Assembly (NCBI GenBank): GCA_043821365.1
Contig: JBDRCX010000003.1
Span: 32,001 to 96,000 of the forward strand
Direction of reading: 5' to 3'
Length of the DNA stretch: 64,000 bases
Source of the DNA: Candidatus Micrarchaeota archaeon
Lineage (GTDB): Archaea > Micrarchaeota > Micrarchaeia > Anstonellales > Bilamarchaeaceae
The position numbers were made by a program, and so were the translations under genes. Under the pieces are notes generated by a model. The model was not told the DNA's origin. It searched no databases and saw only the letters and a list, made by a program, of their open reading frames with translations. Positions 27,939 through 38,115 of this stretch are shown in pieces (the first letter of the stretch is position 1; each line of letters opens with the position of its first letter).

Positions 27939-28712
27939 ATGAAATTACTTGCGTCTATCCTAATTATCTTTTTAATGTTTAATCTTATTTTTGCTTCTTC
28001 TCAAGGACAAAATTATGGGCAAAACCAACAACTTAATAACTCAAATCAACAGTCCGGCACCAATCCGAGTGCTCAGGTAGAAAACCAAACAATGGCTCAA
28101 GTTCAAAACCAGTCTAATATTCAAAATCAAGCTTCCAACCAAACCAAGAACCAACAACAGTTTGCAAATCAATCTCAAGGTATTTCTGCACAGGTTCAAC
28201 AGATAGTTGAACAAAGAAAAAATGGTTCAATTGTAATGCCCCAAGGTATTTTAGTTAGAATTGAAGCACAAAATCATGTGATGAATGTTGGCAATGAGAC
28301 CTCACTTCAAATAACTGAAAAACTCCAACTAAACTTGACTGTCAATGGTAAAAATAAGTCATTCATAGTTGAACCAGGACTTAATCAGGTAAATATGACT
28401 GATGGAAATGTATCAATTACAACAAATGAAACTTTGGACATTTTAAATGGTTCATTATCAGTTAACGGCAAAAATGTTGGTCTAATGCCTTCTGATATTC
28501 CAGCATTAGTTCACTCTAAAGAACTAAAATCAGTGTATCTAAAAAGCGAACCAGGCGGAGTTGTCTATCATATTAATGCAACTAAAAAGGCTAAAGTTTT
28601 GTTCTTTTTTGATGCAGATATGGATGTGGAAATTCAACTTGATGCAACTAATGGTGAGTTGTTAAAAGAGAACAAACCATGGTGGGCATTTCTAGCCAGC
28701 ACCCAAGATTAA
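27939..28712 (+). CDS. Secreted protein with Gln/Asn-rich N-terminus and PepSY-like C-terminus
   Basis: Signal peptide, QNQ-rich low-complexity tract, C-terminal KVLFFF...DATNGELLKENKPWWAFL. Confidence 0.65.
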   Translation: MKLLASILIIFLMFNLIFASSQGQNYGQNQQLNNSNQQSGTNPSAQVENQTMAQVQNQSNIQNQASNQTKNQQQFANQSQGISAQVQQIVEQRKNGSIVMPQGILVRIEAQNHVMNVGNETSLQITEKLQLNLTVNGKNKSFIVEPGLNQVNMTDGNVSITTNETLDILNGSLSVNGKNVGLMPSDIPALVHSKELKSVYLKSEPGGVVYHINATKKAKVLFFFDADMDVEIQLDATNGELLKENKPWWAFLASTQD

Positions 28713-28752
28713 AACCATATTCTTTATTTATGTATCTATCTAAACTTCTATT

Positions 28753-29019
28753 ATGGCCGGTATTCGAAGATTGATATTAGATGTGGTTATCCCATCAACA
28801 ATGCCCTCAAGTGAATTGGCAGTTAAATTAGCCAAACTTGGTGGCGTGGATGGAGTTGATATAATAACTCAGGAAGTTGAACATAGAGTTGATAAGATTA
28901 AAGTAACAATAGAAGGAGACGACATTAATTTTGAGTCAGTAAAAGTCGTACTTGATAAATTGGGTGCTTCACTTCAAGGTGTTGACCGCATCAGCTGCGG
29001 CAAGAGGTTAGTAAATTAA
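28753..29019 (+). CDS. DUF211 family protein
   Basis: IRRLILDVVIP...VDGVDI...KVTIEG...GASLQGVDRISCG. Confidence 0.8.
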   Translation: MAGIRRLILDVVIPSTMPSSELAVKLAKLGGVDGVDIITQEVEHRVDKIKVTIEGDDINFESVKVVLDKLGASLQGVDRISCGKRLVN

Positions 29020-29612
29020 TGCTTGGATTTTTTAAGAAACACCATGAAAAATTTCATTATTACGATAGGATAACTGGCATGACTAAAATCATGCGCCGTT
29101 ATTTTGTAATGAATTCGTTTGATGGGGCTTTAACTATTTTTGGACTTTTAATTGGATCTTTTACAGCAAATGTTACTGATCCAACATTAGTCATAAGCAT
29201 AGGTATAGGTACTGCAATTGCAATTGGATGTTCTGGACTTACTGGTGCTTTTGTAGCAGAAACTGCAGAACGGGCTAGCGAATTAAAAAAACTAGAGCGG
29301 GCATTACAAAGAAAATTAGATAATACAGACTACAAATCTGCACATGATTTCGCAAGTTTGATCACTGCTATTGTGAATGGTCTGATACCTGTTCTATCTG
29401 CGTTAGTTCTACTTTTTCCTTTCTTTTTTATGTCAATTCCAGAAGCCTATTACGTTTCATTTGGTAGTGCTTTGGTTATATTTTTTGGGTTGGGGGTTTT
29501 CCTTGGTAAATTCTCTTCAAAAGATCTTTTCATATCTGGTATGAAATTACTATTATCTGGTATTGGATGTATGGCTTTGATATTGTTCATTGAAGGCTTA
29601 AAAGGCGGTTAA
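29019..29612 (+). CDS. VIT1/CCC1-like membrane transporter (DUF211 partner)
   Basis: RRYFVMNSFDGALTIFG and GAFVAETAER; TAATG overlap with the DUF211 gene. Confidence 0.78.
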   Translation: MLGFFKKHHEKFHYYDRITGMTKIMRRYFVMNSFDGALTIFGLLIGSFTANVTDPTLVISIGIGTAIAIGCSGLTGAFVAETAERASELKKLERALQRKLDNTDYKSAHDFASLITAIVNGLIPVLSALVLLFPFFFMSIPEAYYVSFGSALVIFFGLGVFLGKFSSKDLFISGMKLLLSGIGCMALILFIEGLKGG

Positions 29613-29630
29613 TTATATTTACCAAATAAA

Positions 29631-29873
29631 CTAACTACTACACCTATAATCAATGCAACCTAGTCCTTCTCTACAATCCTCTTCATAAATACAATATTCT
29701 CCTTCTGCAGATTTGATTGATTCAGCTGTCATAAAATTTATTCTATCAGTTTGATTTTGAATATTTTTGCTTGTTTCTTTAGCTGATCCCATTAGTTGGT
29801 TTGCTGCAATTGCAACAACTGCCAGAACAACAACAATCAAAATCAACATTTCAGCTGATAACTGTCCTTTCAT
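29631..29873 (-). CDS. Small class III signal peptide (pilin-like) protein
   Basis: MKGQLSAEMLILIVVVLAVVAIAA prepilin motif; C-terminal C-x5-C-x4-C-x4-C. Confidence 0.8.
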   Translation of the reverse strand: MKGQLSAEMLILIVVVLAVVAIAANQLMGSAKETSKNIQNQTDRINFMTAESIKSAEGEYCIYEEDCREGLGCIDYRCSS

Positions 29874-29899
29874 ACCTATCCCCTTCGAATAGAATAAAC

Positions 29900-29967
29900 A
29901 AGCTGGCGAGAGGTGTGGGGACAGTTATGTCCGATCTGTTCCCGCCAAGCCTGCCCATTCCATCCCC
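29900..29967 (-). ncRNA. GC-rich structured leader or small RNA upstream of the pilin-like gene
   Basis: TGGCG (29904-29908)/CGCCA (29943-29947) stem with inner GGACA/TGTCC hairpin; minus-strand TATAAAT about 24 nt upstream of a GGGG start. Confidence 0.3.
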
Positions 29968-30131
29968 TAATAAGAGCATAAAATTTGATTATTTATATTT
30001 TTTGTAATTTTTTATATGTTAATCCACACCAAATCAATCTATTTATTGTTATTTCCCACTTAACTATCTTCATTTTCCATCAGTTTAAGCATTTCCTTCA
30101 CAATTAAATAATTTCTTTACTTGAAATAAAC

Positions 30132-30545
30132 ATGAAATCAAAAACAGTGTATCTAACTTTTAAAACTGATAAAAAAATAGATATAATCAGAATAACTGAC
30201 AAAATCAACCAGGCAATAACTGAGAGTGAAGTAAAAGAAGGACTTGTTTTGATAAATCCAATGCACATAACTGCAGCAGTGATAGTAAATGATAATGAAT
30301 CTGGATTACATAGCGATTATTTGAAAGTTTTAGAAAGATTAGTTCCCTACAAAGAAGATTATCGCCATAATGATACTGGTGAAGATAATGCTGCTGCTCA
30401 TATATGGCGCCAGTTAATCGGTCACCAGGTGGTGATGCCAATAACAAACGGAAGATTAGATCTTGGAACTTGGGAACAAATTTTTTATTTTGAATTTGAT
30501 GGCCAAAGAAGCAAGAGAGTATTGGTAAAAGTTATGGGTGATTAG
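30132..30545 (+). CDS. YjbQ/UPF0047 family protein
   Basis: [29 protein letters not shown] and [16 protein letters not shown]. Confidence 0.9.
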   Translation: MKSKTVYLTFKTDKKIDIIRITDKINQAITESEVKEGLVLINPMHITAAVIVNDNESGLHSDYLKVLERLVPYKEDYRHNDTGEDNAAAHIWRQLIGHQVVMPITNGRLDLGTWEQIFYFEFDGQRSKRVLVKVMGD

Positions 30546-31309
30546 TAGGGTTCTTCGAGTGGTTCTGCTTTTGTTAAATTTGCCTTCCATCCATTTTTCT
30601 TCAACCATCTTCTCTTTTCCTTGTGATCTGGTATTATCTTTTCTACAAGTCCCCAGAATCGTGGGCCGTGACTCAAATATTTAGTGTGTGCAAGTTCGTG
30701 TACTATCACATACTCTAAAATATCTGATGGCATTAGGAGTAAACGAAAATTAAGTGTAATTCCTCCATGAGTAGAACAACTTCCCCATCTACTAACAGAA
30801 TCTTTTATTTTCACGCTGGATATTTTTGATTGAAAATATTTCTGATTTAGTGTGTTTATTTTATCCATAAGTTCTGGCATTACTACTTCTGATATTTTTT
30901 TCATTACTAATTTTGATGTGGTATTTTTGTCTGTATTATCACCTGCATAGACTTCTACTTTCCTTCCAGTTATTCTCACTCTGGATCTTCTGGATTCTAT
31001 AAAGCACATTTGAAACTCATTACCCAAAACAATAATTGTTTCTCCATCTTCGAACTCCAACCGTTTTCCAATATCAACATTCCATCTTCCATTTTCTATT
31101 GATCTTATCGCTCTTTTTCTAAGATTCGATTTTATCTTTTCTCGTTCGTGAACAGGCCATCTTGACGGGAGACTTATTATTATGGTATTATCCCTAAGTC
31201 GTGCTGTAGCATTTTTATTATTGCAAACTACTTCTTGCACTGTAAAAATCTTCCCATTAATTTCTATTGCTTCCACAAAATTTCTAATAAAAGAAACTAT
31301 TTTAATCAT
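30542..31309 (-). CDS. YgjP/DUF45 zinc metallohydrolase (M48-like)
   Basis: SRWGSCS, LNFRL and [16 protein letters not shown]. Confidence 0.88.
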   Translation of the reverse strand: MIKIVSFIRNFVEAIEINGKIFTVQEVVCNNKNATARLRDNTIIISLPSRWPVHEREKIKSNLRKRAIRSIENGRWNVDIGKRLEFEDGETIIVLGNEFQMCFIESRRSRVRITGRKVEVYAGDNTDKNTTSKLVMKKISEVVMPELMDKINTLNQKYFQSKISSVKIKDSVSRWGSCSTHGGITLNFRLLLMPSDILEYVIVHELAHTKYLSHGPRFWGLVEKIIPDHKEKRRWLKKNGWKANLTKAEPLEEPY

Positions 31310-31345
31310 AAGGTACTTATCAGTCTATCCCATGCAGAGGTTTAT

Positions 31346-32509
31346 ATGTGTCCATTCCATGCTATAAGAAAAAATGAAGGGCTTAGGCGCCTTTTATTTA
31401 TAAATTTTCTATACAGTTTCATGGTGGCAGCTTTGACTGTTCTGGTTCCTCTTTATCTTATAGAAAATAATGTTGATCTTGCACATATTGGTCTGCTACT
31501 TGCCATAGCACCACTTACTTTCATGATTGTTCGCATTAATTTTGCTAGTTTTGCTGATGAACTAGGTACAAAAATAATAGATATAATATATTCCTTATCA
31601 AGTTTCTTCTCAATTCTCCTCTATCTTGTTGCATCAAATACTCTTTTACTTGCACTTGCAATTTTCGGAGAGAGTATACGAAATTCTGCTTTCTGGGCAG
31701 TAGTAAGAACTGAGATAATTTATGATACTGGGAATCCTCAGGGTGCACTTGCATTCTTCTCAGGTGTACGTCAATTTGCTGATGCACTTGGAAGAGTTTC
31801 AATTGGGTTTATACTTGCTTTTTTTGCTTTTCAAAATTCATTTCTATTACTTTCATTAATCTCTCTAGTAATGCTTTATCTTGCACTGAAATCTACTAAC
31901 GACAATCACAGACCATTACAATCAGTGAACTATCGCCAGGATGTTTTAAGCAAAATAACAAAAAAACATCCAAAAACATTCTGGCAGGCATCTTTACTTC
32001 TTGGTCTAGTTGTGCTGCCAACAAATATGCTTCTAGGCTATTTAATTCCTGTTTATACCCGTTCTAATCTTGGTTTTGATTATGGGCAAATTGGTACACT
32101 TGTTGCACTTTTTTCATTTGTGTCAGCTGCAGTTTCAATTCTTTCGATTAGGTGGAAAATAAACATAAACTGGTTACTTCTTGTAATACTATTTACTGCT
32201 CCATTGTTGGTGTTTTTCCAATTCTTCGGGACTCTTGTTGTTATCCCGGTAATACTTGCGGCAATAGGGGCTGGATGTGGCAACCTAGTCTATGAACACA
32301 TACTTCTTGATCAGATCTACAGAAGTAAATCAGTTTCTACTGATATTGGAGTTATTAATGTACCATTAAAACTTATGGAAATAATCTTCCTATCTATGAG
32401 TGGTTTTGTTATTGCAGCATTTGGTTATACCCCATTATTTGTTATTTTGTCTATGAGTGCATTGCTATTTGTTGTATTTTGTAGAAGTTTCCTTAAACTC
32501 CACCACTAA
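31346..32509 (+). CDS. Major facilitator superfamily transporter
   Basis: About 12 TM, FADELG loop motif; SD GAGG before ATG 31346. Confidence 0.8.
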   Translation: MCPFHAIRKNEGLRRLLFINFLYSFMVAALTVLVPLYLIENNVDLAHIGLLLAIAPLTFMIVRINFASFADELGTKIIDIIYSLSSFFSILLYLVASNTLLLALAIFGESIRNSAFWAVVRTEIIYDTGNPQGALAFFSGVRQFADALGRVSIGFILAFFAFQNSFLLLSLISLVMLYLALKSTNDNHRPLQSVNYRQDVLSKITKKHPKTFWQASLLLGLVVLPTNMLLGYLIPVYTRSNLGFDYGQIGTLVALFSFVSAAVSILSIRWKININWLLLVILFTAPLLVFFQFFGTLVVIPVILAAIGAGCGNLVYEHILLDQIYRSKSVSTDIGVINVPLKLMEIIFLSMSGFVIAAFGYTPLFVILSMSALLFVVFCRSFLKLHH

Positions 32510-32549
32510 TTTATGAAAAATATTTAAAGATAGCTATCTAATACAAATT

Positions 32550-32930
32550 GTGAAAATTCCACAATCAGCAATAACCATAGGTATTTTGCTTGTAGTTCTA
32601 GTTGTAAGTTACATGCTACTTAGCTCTGCACCCAAAGGACATTATCCGAATTTTGCAAGCTGTCTAACAGAAAAAGGTGTAAAATTCTATGGTGCTTTTT
32701 GGTGTACTCACTGTGAGGAGCAAAAGACACTCTTTGGTGATAGTTGGAGTCTTATTAATTATACAGAATGTTCTACTCCTGATGGAAGCGGTCAAACTCA
32801 AGTATGCAAAGATGCAGGTATTAAGTCATACCCAACATGGGAATTCTCTGATGGAAGCAGACGTGTTGGGGCATTACCTCTGGAAGAACTAAGTAATAAA
32901 ACTGGCTGTGCTATTGATCCACAAGAATAA
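32550..32930 (+). CDS. Membrane-anchored thioredoxin-fold protein (VKOR-associated type)
   Basis: N-terminal TM; FYGAFWCTHC, YTECS, QVC and SYPTW. Confidence 0.82.
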   Translation: MKIPQSAITIGILLVVLVVSYMLLSSAPKGHYPNFASCLTEKGVKFYGAFWCTHCEEQKTLFGDSWSLINYTECSTPDGSGQTQVCKDAGIKSYPTWEFSDGSRRVGALPLEELSNKTGCAIDPQE

Positions 32931-32966
32931 AGTCTTATTCTTAAAAGCTGTAAGTGTAATGGGATT

Positions 32967-34346
32967 ATGAAATTAACATTTAACGGAGCAGCCCAGATGG
33001 TTACTGGATCCTGTTATCTGTTGGAAGCAGCAGGACAAAAGATACTAATTGATTGTGGTATGTTCCAAGGTACCAAAGACATAACACGATTGAATTACGA
33101 ACCATTCAGATTCAATCCAAAAGAAATTTCTTATCTATTACTTACGCATGCACATATAGATCATTCAGGTCTTATTCCAAAACTAGTCAAAGAGGGGTTT
33201 AGAGGTAAAATAATTGCAACACCACCCACGGTTGATCTTGCAAAAATTATGTTGGAAGATTCAGCTCATGTTAATGAAGATGATACATTTTTAGAAAATA
33301 AAAGACGTCTTAGGTTGGGTCTTGCACCAAGAAATCCATTATACACTCTTGATGATGTAAATACAGCATCAAATCTTTTCAAATCTCTTGGTTATGATAA
33401 ATCTTATACAATAAATAAAACATTCCGAATGATCTTTCGAAATGCTGGACATATATTTGGATCTGCCATAATAGAACTCTGGGTTACTGAAAATAACAAA
33501 ACAACAAAAATTGTGTTCTCTGGTGATCTTGGTCAATGGAATACTCCAATTGTTAGTAATCCAACTCTAATTGAAGAAGCTGATTTTGTACTTGTAGAAT
33601 CAACCTATGGAGACAGAACTCATGGGGTATCTGGTATACGCGGTGATCTTCTATTGAATGTGGTTAAGGAAACATTCAATTCCAATGGCAAATTAATGAT
33701 TCCTTCTTTTGCAGTTGAAAGAACCCAAGAACTACTCTTCTATCTTCATCAGGAAATTCGTGATGGTAAATTTCCATCTCAAAAAATATTCCTCGATAGT
33801 CCTTTGGCCATAGCAGTTACTGAAATTTTCAAAAAACACTTGAGTTATGCTTCACCTGAATTAAAAAAAGAGTTTTCAAATCCATTTTCCTTCAAGCAAT
33901 TACAATATCTAAAAACTGCAAAGGAATCTCGTAGGATGAATGATTATGGTCAGCCGTGTATTATAATTGCCGGAAGTGGGATGTGTACTGCCGGAAGAAT
34001 AAGACATCATCTCAAACACAATCTTTGGAACTCTAAAAACACTCTTCTTTTTGTTGGTTATCAAGCAGAAGGAACGTTAGGGCGTGTAATTCTTGACGGT
34101 GCAGAAGTTGTGAGGATGATGGGGATTGAGGTTGCAGTAGAAGCAAAAGTAAAAAAAATCGATAGTTTTTCTTCTCATGCAGATGCAACAGAACTTGTCA
34201 AGTGGGTTGGTGGTTTCAAAAACAATCCAAAAATATTTGTTGTTCATGGTGAAGTTGCATCTACCCAAGCACTTAGTACTAATCTGAAAAATAAAGGATT
34301 TAGAACTCACATTCCCAAATTTGGTAGCACAGTTGAACTCAAATAA
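32967..34346 (+). CDS. MBL-fold beta-CASP ribonuclease
   Basis: VTGSC, IDCG, THAHIDHSG, AGHIFGS, FSGDLG, ESTYG, GSGMCTAGRI and FSSHAD...VHGE. Confidence 0.92.
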   Translation: MKLTFNGAAQMVTGSCYLLEAAGQKILIDCGMFQGTKDITRLNYEPFRFNPKEISYLLLTHAHIDHSGLIPKLVKEGFRGKIIATPPTVDLAKIMLEDSAHVNEDDTFLENKRRLRLGLAPRNPLYTLDDVNTASNLFKSLGYDKSYTINKTFRMIFRNAGHIFGSAIIELWVTENNKTTKIVFSGDLGQWNTPIVSNPTLIEEADFVLVESTYGDRTHGVSGIRGDLLLNVVKETFNSNGKLMIPSFAVERTQELLFYLHQEIRDGKFPSQKIFLDSPLAIAVTEIFKKHLSYASPELKKEFSNPFSFKQLQYLKTAKESRRMNDYGQPCIIIAGSGMCTAGRIRHHLKHNLWNSKNTLLFVGYQAEGTLGRVILDGAEVVRMMGIEVAVEAKVKKIDSFSSHADATELVKWVGGFKNNPKIFVVHGEVASTQALSTNLKNKGFRTHIPKFGSTVELK

Positions 34347-34368
34347 TCCGAGTTTTGGACAAAATAAC

Positions 34369-35559
34369 CTACCTTATCAATTCCAATTCTTTTCCAATTA
34401 TTGTTATTTTATCAATTGCAAATTCCAAATCTTCTTTTGAATGATCTGCAGATATCATAGTCCTTATTCTTGCCTTTCCTTTTGCAACCATCGGGAAAAC
34501 AATTGGTAATGCGTAAACTCCTTCTTCCCAGAGTCTCTGACTCATTTTCGATGCTTTGCCTTCGTCATAGGTCATCACTGGCGTAATTGGAGTTTCGCTT
34601 ATTCCGGTATCAAAACCAAGTTCCTTGAGTCTTTTCTTGAACATTTTGGTGTTTCTCCAGAGTTTTTTAACAAGTTTATCGCTTTTTTCCAAAAGTTCAA
34701 GCGCAGCAATGCTTGCTGCAACTGTTGCAGGAGGGTGAGAACCAGTTAATAGCCAGGTTCTTGATTTGTTTAATAGGTAATTTTTCATTGTTTTAGTACC
34801 TGCGATGTAGCCTCCCATAGTTCCAAATCCTTTTGAGAAAGTTCCCATGTCCATATCCACTTTTCCTTCAACTTTGAAATGGTTGACTATCCCTCTGCCA
34901 TTTTCACCAAGCACTCCGTCACCATGTGCATCATCTACGTAGACACATGCGCCATATTGCTCTGTTAATTTCACTATTTGGTCTAATGGTGCAATGTCCC
35001 CATCCATGGAGAAAACACCATCAGTAATTACTACAATTCTTTTTGGGTTTTTAGCTTGTGCTTCTTTTAATCGTGTTTCTAATTCTCCCATGTCTCTGTG
35101 TTTGAAAATCATTCTTTCTGCTTTAGTTAATCTTACACCATCAATAATTGATCCATGATTCAATTCATCAGAAATGACAATATCTCCTTCTCTTAGTAAT
35201 GCAGGTATTGCACCACTATTTGCAGTAAAACCAGAATTGTAATATAATGCATCTTCAGTATGCTTGAACTTTGCAATTGTTTCTTCTAATTTTATATGGA
35301 GATCCATGCTTCCTGCTATTGGTCTTACACTTCCTGAACCTGCACCATATTTTCTTATTGCTTCAATTGCAGCTTTTTTTAGTAATCTGTTAGTTGAAAG
35401 ACCAAGATAATTATTTGAACAAAGCATCACAACATCTCTACCTGCTATTTTGGATTTTGCAGATGATGGTCCTTCTAATGTTTTTGGATTCCAAAGTAAA
35501 TTTTTTTGTTCCAAGACTTCTAATTCTGCTCTTAAATCATTTTGAAGTTGTTCGTTCAT
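34369..35559 (-). CDS. kbl: Glycine C-acetyltransferase (2-amino-3-ketobutyrate CoA ligase; BioF-like)
   Basis: CSNNYLGL, SDELNHGSIIDG, DGVFSMDG, DDAHG and GTFSKGFG (PLP Lys); divergent from tdh. Confidence 0.88.
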   Translation of the reverse strand: MNEQLQNDLRAELEVLEQKNLLWNPKTLEGPSSAKSKIAGRDVVMLCSNNYLGLSTNRLLKKAAIEAIRKYGAGSGSVRPIAGSMDLHIKLEETIAKFKHTEDALYYNSGFTANSGAIPALLREGDIVISDELNHGSIIDGVRLTKAERMIFKHRDMGELETRLKEAQAKNPKRIVVITDGVFSMDGDIAPLDQIVKLTEQYGACVYVDDAHGDGVLGENGRGIVNHFKVEGKVDMDMGTFSKGFGTMGGYIAGTKTMKNYLLNKSRTWLLTGSHPPATVAASIAALELLEKSDKLVKKLWRNTKMFKKRLKELGFDTGISETPITPVMTYDEGKASKMSQRLWEEGVYALPIVFPMVAKGKARIRTMISADHSKEDLEFAIDKITIIGKELELIR

Positions 35560-35714
35560 AGAAAACACCGAGAGGAACTCTTAGATAAAATATTAAAAGC
35601 TACACCCAATTCTATATATTCTGTCCCAAATTCGTTTATAGTCGAATTTTCATGCGTCAGTTTGCATGATTTTAAATGCTTTTTGTGCTATCTCTTAACA
35701 ACCGAGGCGAAACT

Positions 35715-36638
35715 ATGAAAATTTTAGTAACCGGAGCTGCAGGACAGATCGGGTCTGAGCTCTTGCCAACACTTAGTAAAAAATATGGTGAGGATAATGT
35801 CATTTCGCTTGATCTAAGACCATTAGATAGCAAACATCATGAAGTTGGAGATGCTACTGATAAATCATTTTTAGAATCTATTATCAAAAAATACAGCATA
35901 ACAGAGATCTACCACCTAGTTGGTATATTATCTGCAAAAGGCGAACAAAACCCAGATCTTGCCTACAATGTAAATATGAATTCACTAAAAAACATTTTAG
36001 ATATTGCAAAAGAATTGAAGATGAAAATATTCTGGCCAAGTTCTATTGCTGCATTTGGACCCACCACTCCAAAGGATAATACTCCTCAAAGGACAGTGCT
36101 TGAACCTGGTACTATGTATGGTATCACAAAAGTTGCAGGCGAACTTTTAGCAAGTTATTATTTTCACAAATATGGAGTTGATGTAAGAAGCCTTCGTTAT
36201 CCCGGAGTAATTGGGTGGAAAGCACCACCTGGGGGCGGAACAACTGATTATGCGGTGAATATTTTCCACGAAGCATTAAAAGAAAAGAAATTTTCTTGTT
36301 TTTTAAAACCAGGAACCTACTTGCCAATGATGCATATAGAAGATGCTGTGCGTGCTACCATTGAACTTATGGGAGCAGATGGTTCTAAACTTTCTGTTAG
36401 GACAAGTTATAATATTTCTGCAATAAGCTTTTCTCCTGATGAGGTTGCTGCAGAGATCAAAAAACACATTCCAGAATTTGAAATTACCTATGCTCCTGAT
36501 TTCAGACAACAAATAGCAGAATCATGGCCAAATTCAATTGATGATTCTTCAGCAAGAAAAGATTGGAACTGGAAGCATCATTATGATCTTCCGAAATTAG
36601 TTGAAAACATGATAACTAATTTGAAAGGTCATAGGTAG
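35715..36638 (+). CDS. tdh: L-threonine 3-dehydrogenase (SDR/epimerase type)
   Basis: GAAGQIG, SSIAAFGP, MYGITK, RYPG and GGGTTDYAV, as in SDR-type TDH. Confidence 0.88.
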   Translation: MKILVTGAAGQIGSELLPTLSKKYGEDNVISLDLRPLDSKHHEVGDATDKSFLESIIKKYSITEIYHLVGILSAKGEQNPDLAYNVNMNSLKNILDIAKELKMKIFWPSSIAAFGPTTPKDNTPQRTVLEPGTMYGITKVAGELLASYYFHKYGVDVRSLRYPGVIGWKAPPGGGTTDYAVNIFHEALKEKKFSCFLKPGTYLPMMHIEDAVRATIELMGADGSKLSVRTSYNISAISFSPDEVAAEIKKHIPEFEITYAPDFRQQIAESWPNSIDDSSARKDWNWKHHYDLPKLVENMITNLKGHR

Positions 36639-37059
36639 TTTGTGTTGTTCTTCCACCTTTTTTCTCAATTCCATCATACCAGAAATCATATCTTATTGTT
36701 ATGTGTAATTTTCCGCCAGCTAATGAATTGGAAGAAACCTCATAACAAAGATTCATGGTTTTCTGAGCTCCAGGTGCCAACTGTTCACCAACAAGTCCTC
36801 TATAACAATTGGAGTTTATTGGCATGACTCTATTTAGTTGGGTACCATTTGCCAATACGATGCTTGCACTTGAAAGAAAGACATTCGTATTCTGTTCACC
36901 AGTATTCATAACATCTAATGGAATAGTTGTCATCTGACCGTTATCTGTCATAGTACTCAAACTCATCTGTATCTTATCATTTTGATTAAAAACTCCACAA
37001 CATCCAAAAAGTAATACTCCCAGAATAAGAATTGCGAATTTTTTGAGTAACATAATCAT
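36616..37059 (-). CDS. Small lipoprotein with Ig-like (DUF4352-like) domain
   Basis: LLFGCCG lipobox-like; VMNTG and LAPGAQKTMNLCYEV. Confidence 0.55.
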   Translation of the reverse strand: MIMLLKKFAILILGVLLFGCCGVFNQNDKIQMSLSTMTDNGQMTTIPLDVMNTGEQNTNVFLSSASIVLANGTQLNRVMPINSNCYRGLVGEQLAPGAQKTMNLCYEVSSNSLAGGKLHITIRYDFWYDGIEKKGGRTTQTTYDLSN

Positions 37060-37092
37060 TATCTTTCAGGAAAATTTATATCTTTGTCTGAT

Positions 37093-38115
37093 TTATGCTT
37101 TTCTTATCATATTCTCGTATTTTGAGTCTTTTCTTTTCAAAAGAACAATGTGAGATTGCTGGTCTTCATCAATTATTTCATATTTAGCTAAATGTTCAAT
37201 AAGTTTTTCACTCCAAGCACGCACATACTCTGGATATGCCATAAAAGGGACTCCCAGTCGTTTTCTTGAAAAACCAAGTGCCATGTAGGATTTTACTTCA
37301 ACAAAATCAACCTTTGATTTTTCAATTAATTCAGCATATTCTGGGAGGTTTTTATCCTCGTCATTAAGGGTTTTTATTAATGTAAGTCTAATTACTCTTC
37401 TACAAGGTAATTTTGAAACCAGTTTAAGTGTTTTGTTTAATCTTTCCCATCCATCTTTGTAGACACTCCTATTTATTTCTTTGAATTTTTTTTCATTAGA
37501 TGCTGCCAATGAAATGTATAATTGGGTTGGAAGTGCGTTTTTCTTTTTTAATTCTAATATTCTGTCAGGTTCTTGTCCATTTGTTACTATGAAAATACTT
37601 TTCACTTCTTTATTTTCTCTTAGTTGTTTTACCATCTCTGCTAGTTTTGGATAGATTGTTGGTTCCCCGCTTAATGAAATTGCCCAATGGGATGGAAATC
37701 TTTTGAACCCTTCATCAAATTTCTGTCTATCTGCTCCATCTGCTCCTCCAATACCAGATAATAATCGTTTTCTTTGTTTTACTGTCTCAGCTATAATTAG
37801 GTCTGGCTCATCAACTTCAGTTTCACTAAATTTTGTTTTCTTCATCCATTCCATTGGTCTCCAGCAGAATGTGCATGCTTCATTACACCAGGCTAATACA
37901 GGAGACATTTGTGCACATCTATGACAGTCAATTCCATAGAATTTTACTTTATAGCATCCCCTATGGCCTTTTATTGATTTTTTATTCCATAAACAGATTT
38001 GAACTCCGCTGTGGTTGCCAACTATACCATAGTTTTTTTCATATTTCTTTCTAACAGCTTCGTTAAATGTAATTTTACCTTTAGAATAATTATCTTCTAT
38101 TCTTTTTTCTTTCAT
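37093..38115 (-). CDS. taw1: 4-demethylwyosine synthase (radical SAM, Taw1/TYW1)
   Basis: HSGVQICLWNKK, CYKVKFYGI, CNEACTFCWR, SLSGEPT and EVKSYM. Confidence 0.93.
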   Translation of the reverse strand: MKEKRIEDNYSKGKITFNEAVRKKYEKNYGIVGNHSGVQICLWNKKSIKGHRGCYKVKFYGIDCHRCAQMSPVLAWCNEACTFCWRPMEWMKKTKFSETEVDEPDLIIAETVKQRKRLLSGIGGADGADRQKFDEGFKRFPSHWAISLSGEPTIYPKLAEMVKQLRENKEVKSIFIVTNGQEPDRILELKKKNALPTQLYISLAASNEKKFKEINRSVYKDGWERLNKTLKLVSKLPCRRVIRLTLIKTLNDEDKNLPEYAELIEKSKVDFVEVKSYMALGFSRKRLGVPFMAYPEYVRAWSEKLIEHLAKYEIIDEDQQSHIVLLKRKDSKYENMIRKA

